DNA of 64,000 nucleotides, taken from NCBI GenBank assembly GCA_003486675.1, contig DNGG01000154.1, forward strand, positions 95-64,094. The letters are read 5' to 3'. Shown piece by piece: positions 48,334 through 57,251 of the stretch (its first letter is position 1; each line of letters opens with the position of its first letter). Position numbers and translations under genes: made by a program. Source of the stretch: Cyanobacteria bacterium UBA11372. GTDB taxonomy: Bacteria; Cyanobacteriota; Cyanobacteriia; Cyanobacteriales; Aerosakkonemataceae. The notes below the pieces were generated by a model. It was not told the DNA's origin and did not search any database. It saw nothing but the letters and a program-made list of their open reading frames with translations.

Positions 48334-49554
48334 TTATTCATTTAAATCTGCAATACCTTCTCTGTTGGTTTCATCCGCTTGCGGATCTGTTTCCTCCACA
48401 AATGGAGCGATATAAAATTTAGGCCAGATTATTCGATACTTCCAACGTTCCTTCGGTATACCCTGCAAACCTAATTCCAAATTACAAAGGTGGCGAATCC
48501 CGGCAGAAATATCCATCCTGCGCCTATTAATAAATCTGGCATAGGCTCGTTCGGGTGCATGGCTAATTTCCCTTGCTCCCATGTTCGAGTATCCCATTAG
48601 CCAAGGTGGTACTCTACTGCGGCGGATAATTCGATTTATTCGGAAATCCGCAGCATCTAAAATCGCTTTAATATCCGGGTTCAGTGTGGATAATTTCTTT
48701 ATATCTGCCCCTCCCGACAAATAAAGGTCGGTGATTGGGCCATCGCGTTTCACGTTTTCATAAGCCTCTTTATACTTCTTCTTATAATTCTCATCTGCAC
48801 ATCCTGGCATGATATGCAAATTGGGGTTGATGCCGATATCGCGCGCAGCACGTGCGATATACTCACCAATTAATTTTAATTTATTCCAATCGTCAACTAT
48901 TTCATAGAACAACGCTTTTCCATACAGGGTTTGACGACGATACCGCCAGTGAACTACGGTCAGTGGGTGAAAAGTAACGCTGTTCTTTTCGTCGGAGACA
49001 CTCTTTCTTTGCTGAAAACAAACAAGATTCCCTTGGTTGTCCTCGACCCTAAATATTTCCCAGGTCGGCAAGAATAATATCTTTTTGATTCGCATTTCAG
49101 ACCAGTCAATGCCAATACTTGCAAAAGCATCTCCATAAGCTAATATCCTTTCCGCTGACGGTTCTAAAACCGTGCTACCGATGCACTCATCTATCAATCT
49201 TTGAAGTATAATCTTCACCTCTGGATCAACAGGAGTAACATTGTCATCAAGGGTATCAGCAATAGCAAAACCCTGATCGTCGCCATCAGCAGATGACCAA
49301 ATCGAATCTCGAATTTCATCAATCGCGGTTGCGATTTCCGGGCAAAATTCATATGCCTCAATCAACTGTCTGGCTTTTTGAGGATTTCTAATAGGAATTT
49401 CAGATATTTCTAAGTCATAATTTCTAGCCAAAGCTGAGAAATCATCACCTCGCCAAGTACTTAATGGCCTCTGCTGCCCTTGGATAGGAGTTTCCTTGCT
49501 GCCAGTAAATATTTTTAAGAACTTGTTCAGCCAGGTGTTTTCCATTATTCCCAC
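48334..49554 (-). CDS. Phage portal protein
   Basis: ILAYGDAF, VVHWRY, LYGKA, RVPPWLMG; follows terminase. Confidence 0.8.
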   Translation of the reverse strand: MGIMENTWLNKFLKIFTGSKETPIQGQQRPLSTWRGDDFSALARNYDLEISEIPIRNPQKARQLIEAYEFCPEIATAIDEIRDSIWSSADGDDQGFAIADTLDDNVTPVDPEVKIILQRLIDECIGSTVLEPSAERILAYGDAFASIGIDWSEMRIKKILFLPTWEIFRVEDNQGNLVCFQQRKSVSDEKNSVTFHPLTVVHWRYRRQTLYGKALFYEIVDDWNKLKLIGEYIARAARDIGINPNLHIMPGCADENYKKKYKEAYENVKRDGPITDLYLSGGADIKKLSTLNPDIKAILDAADFRINRIIRRSRVPPWLMGYSNMGAREISHAPERAYARFINRRRMDISAGIRHLCNLELGLQGIPKERWKYRIIWPKFYIAPFVEETDPQADETNREGIADLNE

Positions 49555-51062
49555 CCCCAGAAGCTAAGGTCAGGGTCGGTCGAGAAATCAGGCTCTATCA
49601 GGCTCACTTCCTGACTGGCGGCATACCAGGCTAAAGCGCAGGCGATCGCTCCATCCCCATGCCTCTGCTTCCCGTCGCTACCCTTACGCTTCTTGTCCAT
49701 CACCTTGGGAACCCCGCGATCGACGACCACATCCCGGTGATCCTGAAGCAAGTCGGTATCCAAGGGAAGGACAACCCTCTTATCCTCCAACGCAGCCTTG
49801 TATTTAGGCATGTTGGACGTGTACCAATCAGCCGAGAGTATAACCTGCTGGACTCGCCAAGACCCGTACCGCTGTGCGGCAACTTCTGCCAAATACTGCC
49901 CATTGCCGCGAGCGTCCATCGCCCCTTGGGTTAAGTTTGGGAGGCGATCGCATACAAAAAATAAAATCTGTTCCTGGTTTTTGAATGGAATATTTCTCAG
50001 CTCAAGAGCAAATGGGGTATGTCTAATCAAATTGGGTAATTCTTGAAGTGGCAACAGGTAGGACAAATCTCCACTTCGTCCAAAGTCCATACCGTAATAA
50101 GTTCTTAAATTTTGATCCAAGTTCTCCAAGATTGGAGAAATATTACTATCAAGCCATGTCTGGATATCTTGAGATCTTTCACCCTCCGGCAACAATGCAA
50201 ATGAATCTGGCTTTTGTAATTTCAAAACTGGAATCCCAGATTGCATGATTGATTCCACCAAAATTCGAGGAAAGAAGGTTCCTCCACTTTTTCGAGGGAT
50301 ACACATCAACTCTTCATCTGCATCATCTCCAAATTCGCTGAATATCTCTTGCCTCCAAACCTTCTCAGCGTTAGCAGACCATTTCAAACCAGAGACAAAG
50401 CAAATTCTCTGGTAAAGTCCATCAGCCAGAGCATCATCGAAAGTTGTGAAGTGACGGCTATAGGGAAGCTTGCCTGATAAAACATCCCTTTCAAGCTCGT
50501 AGTATGGCTCTTCAATGCCGTTATATGTCGTTATGATGTGAATATTGCTGCCCCAAATTCTGAGGGCTTTCGCAGCCTTTAAAAGCCCAGGTAGGTCATC
50601 GTGAAATGCAGCCTCATCAATGATGACTCGACCCTGACGACTCCGCATATTTCTAGGCTTGCTGGAAAGAGCCTCTATTCTGTGTCCGCTTTCAAAATAT
50701 ATTCTAAATACCTGAATGCTTTTTTCTAGGTTTTTGTCTCTAAATACCTCTTCTTTCTCATCAATCTCAGATACGGCTGAACCATAAGCTTTAGCCCAAT
50801 TAGCGCAGTCTTCAATAAATCCTCTCGCCATCTCCTTTTCGTACCCAATATAGAAGCAATTTTGCCCTTTCCTTTGAGATGCAAGCAAGGCACAATCCGC
50901 AGCCTCAGCCCACGAAGCGCCTATACGTCGAGACTTCGACCATAACTTAATGCTGCTTTTGTCTTTCAGCCAACGCTGTTGATAAGGAAGCAGGATCTTG
51001 GGGACTTCCTCTGGTTTTAATCCTAGTTCAGCTATACTTATACTACTGTTACCCATCGACAA
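49545..51062 (-). CDS. Terminase large subunit, Mu gp28-like
   Basis: LLPYQQRW, KSRRIGASW, VIIDEAAF, GMDFGRSGD, RHGD. Confidence 0.92.
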   Translation of the reverse strand: MSMGNSSISIAELGLKPEEVPKILLPYQQRWLKDKSSIKLWSKSRRIGASWAEAADCALLASQRKGQNCFYIGYEKEMARGFIEDCANWAKAYGSAVSEIDEKEEVFRDKNLEKSIQVFRIYFESGHRIEALSSKPRNMRSRQGRVIIDEAAFHDDLPGLLKAAKALRIWGSNIHIITTYNGIEEPYYELERDVLSGKLPYSRHFTTFDDALADGLYQRICFVSGLKWSANAEKVWRQEIFSEFGDDADEELMCIPRKSGGTFFPRILVESIMQSGIPVLKLQKPDSFALLPEGERSQDIQTWLDSNISPILENLDQNLRTYYGMDFGRSGDLSYLLPLQELPNLIRHTPFALELRNIPFKNQEQILFFVCDRLPNLTQGAMDARGNGQYLAEVAAQRYGSWRVQQVILSADWYTSNMPKYKAALEDKRVVLPLDTDLLQDHRDVVVDRGVPKVMDKKRKGSDGKQRHGDGAIACALAWYAASQEVSLIEPDFSTDPDLSFWGWE

Positions 51063-51585
51063 TCCCCATCACTTGTGCGCGAATTAACGAAGCAGTTTCG
51101 TCGGACAATCCTTTATTTTTTATGGTTACTTCGACTTCTTTCGCAACTTTAGTAGCTCTTTCTAAAACTTCAGTTCGATATTTTTTGACAGTAACTCCGC
51201 TACGATTCAAGTCTGCTACCATTCTCCCCAGCTTAGGAAGAACTTCAATCGGTACAGGCTTATCAGGATCGATTTCCTGAAGATTCAAAAGCATCTCAAA
51301 TGCCCGTTGCTGTGCTAATCGAGTCAATGCGTCCCCAAGGGAGTTCTCATCGTCTCCTGCTGCTTCGGCAACAGCACGTGCCTGCTCGGTCGCTAATTTC
51401 AGCTTATCTAAAGACTCCTTAAACTTTTTACCATACCTATGAACGCTGGATTTACTAATACTAAATCCTTTACTAAAAAGCCATGAAGCCAAATCTTCAT
51501 ATCCGCTAAAATGGCTTAAAATCAATTTATTATTTAATTCTTGTTTGACATCATCAGGCAACGCATTTATCACAGATATTTTCAT
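51049..51585 (-). CDS. Terminase small subunit, Mu gp27/DUF3486-like
   Basis: LPDDVKQEL, GYEDLASWL, ISKSSVHRYG, GLSDE. Confidence 0.88.
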   Translation of the reverse strand: MKISVINALPDDVKQELNNKLILSHFSGYEDLASWLFSKGFSISKSSVHRYGKKFKESLDKLKLATEQARAVAEAAGDDENSLGDALTRLAQQRAFEMLLNLQEIDPDKPVPIEVLPKLGRMVADLNRSGVTVKKYRTEVLERATKVAKEVEVTIKNKGLSDETASLIRAQVMGIVDG

Positions 51586-51958
51586 TGTCAGCTTTCATAT
51601 CCTTCAAGATCTTACAAATATGTCGAACGCTTAGTTCATATTTTTGAGCCAACGCCTGTAGGCTCATGGTTTCTCGATCTGCCCATATCTTTTTATTGCG
51701 CGCAGCTCGCTCTGCGGCAGATTGAACGGAAATCATCAATTGCTGCCCTCCAAATTCCGCCTGAAGCTTCTGTGCGGATTCAATCCCTATAACCTGAACA
51801 ATGGGATGATCCAGGAAAACCCGCTTGGGAATGTACAGTATTCTTCCTCGAAACGCCTGAAAGAACACATCCCTAAGCTCCTCACCTAATATTTCTGTAA
51901 TGAGCTTGGTGAGGCTTGCAGTATCTCTTGCTATCGGAGGATGAGCCATTGGTGACAA
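51554..51958 (-). CDS. Mor/C family transcription activator
   Basis: FRGRILYIPK, EFGGQ, RNKKI, LAQKYELSVRHI. Confidence 0.8.
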   Translation of the reverse strand: MSPMAHPPIARDTASLTKLITEILGEELRDVFFQAFRGRILYIPKRVFLDHPIVQVIGIESAQKLQAEFGGQQLMISVQSAAERAARNKKIWADRETMSLQALAQKYELSVRHICKILKDMKADNENICDKCVA

Positions 51959-52081
51959 TTTGATACACAGCTTCTACAAGCTTAAGGTTTTTTTTAGAAT
52001 CTTGGCATTTGGCGCGATCGCACATTGAGATCGTACATTGAGATTTGCTACACATCTCAGTAAATCTGCTTAGACACGGGC

Positions 52082-52109
52082 AAAAAACCGCTTCTCAGGG
52101 GAGAAGCGG
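52082..52109 (-). terminator. Intrinsic terminator
   Basis: CCGCTTCTC-CCCT-GAGAAGCGG followed by TTTTTT on minus strand. Confidence 0.8.
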
Positions 52110-52153
52110 CTAGATGGAGCTAAAACCAGATTGAGTTTTTTAGCTTTAGCACC

Positions 52154-52990
52154 TCATAAAAAACAGGTACCGCTGCACTCCTCTTCAGGCTGATTAAACA
52201 GTGACAGTTGTATTCCCACCCCAACGGCATCTTTCAGTGGCAATCCGGAGCGATGAATGTAGCAGGGGTTTTTTACACCTTTACCAAAAGTGCTAAGGTT
52301 GCGGATTTTTTCATCAAATTCAACCGCTTTGTCAAATAAATTTGGATCGTTTCGCTTTAGAGATACCCATTCTTCTTGATGCTTAAAAGGGCAGAAAAAG
52401 CAAGAAGACTTTCTTACTGAATAGCCCAATGCTTTGTAAGCATAAACTCCGCAAGCAGATCTGTCGAGTCTTAAGTCAACCAGCGGATACCTGTTGGTTA
52501 TCCAGCAGTTGGCAGAAGCTTTCATTCTTCTTGCCTCCTCGACCGAAATTCCCAACCACAAATTAGCCTTTCCTGAAGGAATTCTTTGTTTGTATTTGTA
52601 TCCCAAAATCTCTCTCTGCTTCGCAATTATAGGATCTATTTTGTAGACCCTAGTGCATTGTCGCCTGAGAATACCCACTTTTCCGTTGCTGTCTTTGGTG
52701 TAGTAGGGGGGGGTAGAGATTCCTCGCCCTGATGAGCCGAGAACCTCGTCCAAGATGCTATCTTTAGCTTTAACCACATAAGTCTTATATCCTGCCTCTT
52801 CCAAGATTCCAAAGATATTGTCTACATTTTTGAGAACATGTTCTGTCTCTGCACCAGTATCTGCAAAGATAATGTGCATAGGCGTCGGGTATTCTAAGTT
52901 CTCAAATACTTCTGGATTTCTCACCAGCATCAGAGCAAGTGCGGAGGATTGGACTCCCCCGCCAAAACTAAAAAAAGTATTTTGATCCAT
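52154..52990 (-). CDS. PAPS reductase-like PP-loop protein
   Basis: SFGGGVQS, IFADTGAE, RQCT..YKI, KSSCFFCPF, C-terminal ECSGTC. Confidence 0.8.
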   Translation of the reverse strand: MDQNTFFSFGGGVQSSALALMLVRNPEVFENLEYPTPMHIIFADTGAETEHVLKNVDNIFGILEEAGYKTYVVKAKDSILDEVLGSSGRGISTPPYYTKDSNGKVGILRRQCTRVYKIDPIIAKQREILGYKYKQRIPSGKANLWLGISVEEARRMKASANCWITNRYPLVDLRLDRSACGVYAYKALGYSVRKSSCFFCPFKHQEEWVSLKRNDPNLFDKAVEFDEKIRNLSTFGKGVKNPCYIHRSGLPLKDAVGVGIQLSLFNQPEEECSGTCFL

Positions 52991-53000
52991 GTATCTACAT

Positions 53001-53381
53001 TTAACCTATTTCAACAAATGAGATGCCGTCAAAGCGAAACTGGCGTTTTACTCCCGTCAAATTTTCTGCAATCGAAGCCGCAAAAAAGGGTAAGTTTTTG
53101 AGTACATAGCTGTAGGAGTACAAGCCAGACTTGCACCAAAAGTATTCTTTTATGTCCGCTTTACCTAAAGGGATAATTTTAATCAGTAAAGCCTTGTCTT
53201 GATAGCCAAATTCTTTTACAAACTTTCTTGATAAAGTAGTAAATGGATCTGGTTTTAATCCGTCAATTATTGGCCCTTTGTACTTAAAATCAATTGACAT
53301 GCTAACAACAATCGTTGTCAAAGCTGCAAGCTTTTTCCTGGCGATTCTAGGCTCTCGCCAAGTTTTGTAAGGTTTTTTCAC
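53001..53381 (-). CDS. Phage hypothetical protein, paralog of 53378-53755
   Basis: Shared KEYFW...GL..Y.YV..N motif. Confidence 0.6.
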   Translation of the reverse strand: MKKPYKTWREPRIARKKLAALTTIVVSMSIDFKYKGPIIDGLKPDPFTTLSRKFVKEFGYQDKALLIKIIPLGKADIKEYFWCKSGLYSYSYVLKNLPFFAASIAENLTGVKRQFRFDGISFVEIG

Positions 53382-53755
53382 GACACCTCCTCAAATCCTT
53401 TGCTAGTAAACACGAAAAAACTATCCTGCCTTTCATTTGAGTAAAGTTTGACTCCAGGAAAAGCCTCTACATTCTGCCGGACATAAAAATAGTCGAATAA
53501 TCCTTGTCCGCTCCAAAAATATTCTTTTAAGATCCGCTGTTTTGTCCGAATCAGAATAATTCGGTAATCGAGAATATTTAATTGCTTGATTAAAGATCTT
53601 GCCAGCACTGTATAACCATCTTGATGGCGCACACAAGAATCCTTAGCTCGATCGGTAAATATTTCAATACGAGAGACTTTACTCAGCAAAAGGTCAGCTT
53701 TCTTTCTCTTTTCCTCTCTTGCCTTAATCTCTCGCTTTTCCCTATGTATCTTCAT
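53378..53755 (-). CDS. Phage hypothetical protein, paralog of 53001-53381
   Basis: KEYFWSGQGLFDYFYVRQN. Confidence 0.6.
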   Translation of the reverse strand: MKIHREKREIKAREEKRKKADLLLSKVSRIEIFTDRAKDSCVRHQDGYTVLARSLIKQLNILDYRIILIRTKQRILKEYFWSGQGLFDYFYVRQNVEAFPGVKLYSNERQDSFFVFTSKGFEEVS

Positions 53756-53893
53756 TTTCCACTCCAGAGTTATGTATTTTTGCTTTAATTGCTCTTTATT
53801 AAAGAGTTAAAGCAAAAATACGTTTGATCGAGACACACTTCTTAGGCGGTTCTACAATTAAGTCAGCAATTGCTTTATTTTTCTGATTTATAG

Positions 53894-54587
53894 CACCACA
53901 AAAGGACGGGTTATCTCTTTGTCTCCATCCAGAAAGGCTTTAGGAAGGATGAGTCTTAGGCTAGCCAGATAATGGTCATGTTTTATGTTTGCAGATGCCC
54001 AGATACCCGTGACATCCCCATCCACCAAGGGATAGGTTATGACGATTTCTGTTAAGGGATTACATATTCAAGCAGCTCGTCGATTACTGTTTGGTACTGG
54101 TCTTCAGTCAAGTTTTGTATTTCAGTCTCTGTCTCTGCCAATACCAATCTGGCTATTATCACCTGCCCATGCAAAACAATACCTCGCGAAGTTTTACAAG
54201 TAGGTGCAAAACCTTTCATCAAAAAGCTGTCATCGCAAATTAACACGATCTCTGGATCGGAAAATTGATTAAAAACTAACTCGATGAATGACTTTTCTGT
54301 TTCCTCTCCGACCAATCGTTGCATTTCATCTAAACACATTAGCTCATGTACCATGTGTCGGTGAATGCCGGTTTTGTTAACAAGTCCATACAAAAAGGAA
54401 GGCATTCTTCTCACCATTTCTAGATCTCCAGAGTCTCCCAGTCCGGAAAGTCCAGGTCTACCAAGGTTTTTTCTAGTCATCTTTTATCCTTTGTTCATTG
54501 AGCCGGTTGTTTACACCACAAAAGGACGGGTTACCTCTTTGTTGCCATTTAGAAAGACTTCAGGAAAGATGAGTCTTAGGTTAGCCA
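53894..54587. repeat. 74-bp direct repeat pair (53894-53967 and 54514-54587)
   Basis: 65/74 identical by manual alignment. Confidence 0.85.
54052..54480 (-). CDS. DUF3846-like protein
   Basis: LDEMQRLVG, IELV, LICDDS, LHGQVIIAR, LTEDQ. Confidence 0.55.
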   Translation of the reverse strand: MTRKNLGRPGLSGLGDSGDLEMVRRMPSFLYGLVNKTGIHRHMVHELMCLDEMQRLVGEETEKSFIELVFNQFSDPEIVLICDDSFLMKGFAPTCKTSRGIVLHGQVIIARLVLAETETEIQNLTEDQYQTVIDELLEYVIP

Positions 54588-54606
54588 ATTAAGAAGATTG
54601 TTCGTT

Positions 54607-54984
54607 TTAAAGCCTCATTAATTGACTGTGGAGAAAATCTTTAGGAACCAAAAAGATTACCCCTTGCAATGTTTCTATTCTTAACAACTCACATTTAATG
54701 AGATTGTCGATCCCCTTTGCAAAAGGATCGTTAGCATAAACAAAACAGCGTGTCACCAACTCTGTCGAAGGATCGTAGTTACGTAAGAGGCTATCAATAG
54801 TTTTGTCGAATGACTTAGAAACCTGATACAAAGGGGCAAGAAACGGAGAATACGGCGTAGGGTAGTAACTCATCTCAACTACACCTACCCCATACGATGC
54901 GTACATAGTTTTTGCAAAATCAAGAGGTGCTACATACATAAAGTTTTTAGGTATTTGCGGCAATTTTCTTTTCATGCTGTTCAA
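54607..54984 (-). CDS. Phage hypothetical protein
   Basis: 125-aa ORF in the early/middle operon. Confidence 0.55.
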   Translation of the reverse strand: MNSMKRKLPQIPKNFMYVAPLDFAKTMYASYGVGVVEMSYYPTPYSPFLAPLYQVSKSFDKTIDSLLRNYDPSTELVTRCFVYANDPFAKGIDNLIKCELLRIETLQGVIFLVPKDFLHSQLMRL

Positions 54985-54997
54985 CTCAACGATTTAA

Positions 54998-55441
54998 TTA
55001 TTTTGGATACCACAGACCTTGTTGCCCACGTATATAGATTGGGTAATCTAATTGTTCAGCAGCTTCAAGCTTCCAAGCGTAGCGACCCGGCTCCCAAACT
55101 CCAACAGCGATTTCTTTAACTGGTTGGTCAGAAATGCGAGCAATCCCATCTCTATAAATAAGACGAGTTTTCTCGTATCGCTCATCCGTTACCATCAGTT
55201 GCACAGCCGTCAGGTTTACAACACCAATTAAGCACCCCAACGGAAAATCGAAAAGTTCAGGAACAGGAATATCTAGAGCTTGCAAAACTTGCACCGCCCT
55301 CCAGTCAACTTTTCTTTTTGCCGCATGAATCCACATTTGGCCTCTATACGGAGTGCCCCAGCTACGAGTTTCGTATTTTTTTAATCCTAAAAACACTAGA
55401 CTGGCCCAGGGTTGCCACAAAGTTAGAGCAGGAATTTCCAT
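54998..55441 (-). CDS. ASCH domain protein
   Basis: ALTLWQPWASL, GLKKYETRSW, YRG..WIHAAK, RGQQGLW. Confidence 0.9.
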   Translation of the reverse strand: MEIPALTLWQPWASLVFLGLKKYETRSWGTPYRGQMWIHAAKRKVDWRAVQVLQALDIPVPELFDFPLGCLIGVVNLTAVQLMVTDERYEKTRLIYRDGIARISDQPVKEIAVGVWEPGRYAWKLEAAEQLDYPIYIRGQQGLWYPK

Positions 55442-55444
55442 GGC

Positions 55445-56047
55445 TTAAATCCAAGTTAGGTTGTAAGCTGAATCGTCACTTTGCCCAGGACGAATATCAA
55501 ACACGGCATGATATCTCTGGGGCCTATTTTCCGGCGCTCCGTCTCGCAAAAAAGCAATCCGTCCCACAATTGGATATTGTTGGTAGAAATGACAATTTAA
55601 GCCGGATATAAACCTTCCTCGCTCTTTGGCACAGAAAAAATCTATTGGTAGTATGAATACACACCTGGCTTTAGGGAAAGACGTATCCAGCCAATTAAGG
55701 GATTGTTCAATAAATTCGCACCCCTGTGAGAATGGAGGATTACAAACCACAGCTTGAACCTGCAAAGGATTTACCTGAAAGAAGTCAGCATGTTGCCAAT
55801 GTGCATTAGCAACATTTTTTCTACCTTCAATGAAGCGTTTGTAGTTATTCTCAATGGCATAGATTTCTGCTTGTGGGGACAAATATTTCTCAATCTGTCC
55901 GCGCCCCGCACCAGGTGCTAAAATTGTCTTGCAATCGCTCACAAGCTCAGCAACAAACTTTGCTAAAGAATTGGGTGTTTCCCAATCATCGTCAGAGAGC
56001 CAAGTTGTTCCAACGTTGTTGTCAGTATTGAATAGTTCAAGTTGCAT
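55445..56047 (-). CDS. DNA amino-methyltransferase (probably N6-adenine)
   Basis: DDWETP, LAPGAGRG motif I, AIE, ADFF, CNPPFS motif IV. Confidence 0.82.
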   Translation of the reverse strand: MQLELFNTDNNVGTTWLSDDDWETPNSLAKFVAELVSDCKTILAPGAGRGQIEKYLSPQAEIYAIENNYKRFIEGRKNVANAHWQHADFFQVNPLQVQAVVCNPPFSQGCEFIEQSLNWLDTSFPKARCVFILPIDFFCAKERGRFISGLNCHFYQQYPIVGRIAFLRDGAPENRPQRYHAVFDIRPGQSDDSAYNLTWI

Positions 56048-56058
56048 AGCGAGGGAGG

Positions 56059-56080
56059 AAAAAGGGGAGACAAACTCCCC
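56059..56080 (-). terminator. Terminator-like hairpin just upstream of the methyltransferase start
   Basis: GGGGAG-TTTGT-CTCCCC then TTTTT. Confidence 0.55.
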
Positions 56081-56108
56081 CGTGATAGAGAGAATCGAAG
56101 CGGATTGT

Positions 56109-56209
56109 ATCGACCAGCCCGCGACGCCCCCATAGGGGCGTTTCGGCTACCGGGCCGAACGGTAGCCCCAGAAAGTTAAACTTTCATCGTCAGGCGGGGA
56201 ACAGCCGAC
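56109..56209 (-). ncRNA. Type I hammerhead ribozyme, variant with inserted hairpin
   Basis: CCCGC-CUGACGA-[U,hairpin,UGG]-GGCUACCG/CGGUAGCC-GAAA-CGCCCC UAUG GGGGCG-UC-GCGGG; cleavage predicted between 56123 and 56122. Confidence 0.75.
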
Positions 56210-56601
56210 TTCCAAGCTTTAGTTAGGCTGGCGAACTTGAATGTTTTTGTCGCTGAAGAACCACGGAAAGCAACGACCACTTCTTCGTTTCTGATATTTA
56301 CGGAAACCACTCTTCCTATCCACTTGTGATAAGAAGTGTATGGTTCAATTACTTGAACAACATCATCAACGCTAAATAATTGCTCAAGATCGAGTTTCTC
56401 TCTAGAAGCAAGTTCATCGAGGCATAAACTAACTTGTTGAGCAATCGAAACAAGACGACCATGTTGCTTTTGCAGCTTTTTAGCGAGTTGAGTGTTGCCT
56501 ATTTTTTCAGCCACCTTTAAACTGAAATGCAACTCAGCGATCGCTTTACTCAAAGAAATCTCCATCCGTCCCATTAGTTTCTTGTCAAGATTATTAGTCA
56601 T
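56176..56601 (-). CDS. Phage protein with C-terminal KOW/SH3-like domain
   Basis: FSVDDVVQV...WIGRVVSV...VVVAF. Confidence 0.6.
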   Translation of the reverse strand: MTNNLDKKLMGRMEISLSKAIAELHFSLKVAEKIGNTQLAKKLQKQHGRLVSIAQQVSLCLDELASREKLDLEQLFSVDDVVQVIEPYTSYHKWIGRVVSVNIRNEEVVVAFRGSSATKTFKFASLTKAWKSAVPRLTMKV

Positions 56602-57208
56602 TGTTGTTTGCCCCCTCTAGCTGTTCCTGTTCAACTACATAGCGTTCATAGGCATTAAGGCAAACGTCAACTGTATGCCAGAATTGATTTACCCCGACTT
56701 GCTCTAAGCTTTTAACGTTTAAGTTGAGAGTCGGAATAGACAGGATAATGTCCTGAATGAACTCCTTTATAAAAGTAGGAGTGCATTCAAACTCTTTAAA
56801 TCCAAACATTTTCGCAAATCGGATGCGAATTGCTCTGACGTTAGTTAATAATTGCTCCAACTTTGGTGAAGACTCTAAATGAGCAACCTCATTTCTTGTT
56901 AAGTCAGAGAACGAATGTTCGGCTTCGCCATTGCCGAACCGTGCAGTCAAAGGAATGCAAGGAAGTTCGTGGTTATCGTCTAAATCAGCCTCTTTTTTGC
57001 TAATAAACGAGCTAAAAACTTCCAAAATCTTAAGCTTAAGATCCTCCACAGCGTCACAACGATCAAAAGTGGGCAAGCTAACGTGAACAAACTCAACAAT
57101 TTCTTGTTCTAGCAATTTGCAGAAATGCAAATCGTTAATTCGTGATTGAAGTCTTTCGGCTTCTTCTTTCAGTCGCTGGAGTCGCTGGATTTCAACATCA
57201 AAATTCAT
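56594..57208 (-). CDS. Phage hypothetical protein
   Basis: 204-aa ORF overlapping downstream gene. Confidence 0.6.
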   Translation of the reverse strand: MNFDVEIQRLQRLKEEAERLQSRINDLHFCKLLEQEIVEFVHVSLPTFDRCDAVEDLKLKILEVFSSFISKKEADLDDNHELPCIPLTARFGNGEAEHSFSDLTRNEVAHLESSPKLEQLLTNVRAIRIRFAKMFGFKEFECTPTFIKEFIQDIILSIPTLNLNVKSLEQVGVNQFWHTVDVCLNAYERYVVEQEQLEGANNND

Positions 57209-57251
57209 GTCGTTGCATCTCCTAACTAATTTGGTGGTCTTTTGGGCAAGA

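Noticed and set aside
53894-54587. 74-bp repeat pair as a DGR template/variable region
   Set aside because: The 9 mismatches are not confined to adenines on either strand of either copy, and no reverse transcriptase is in the window
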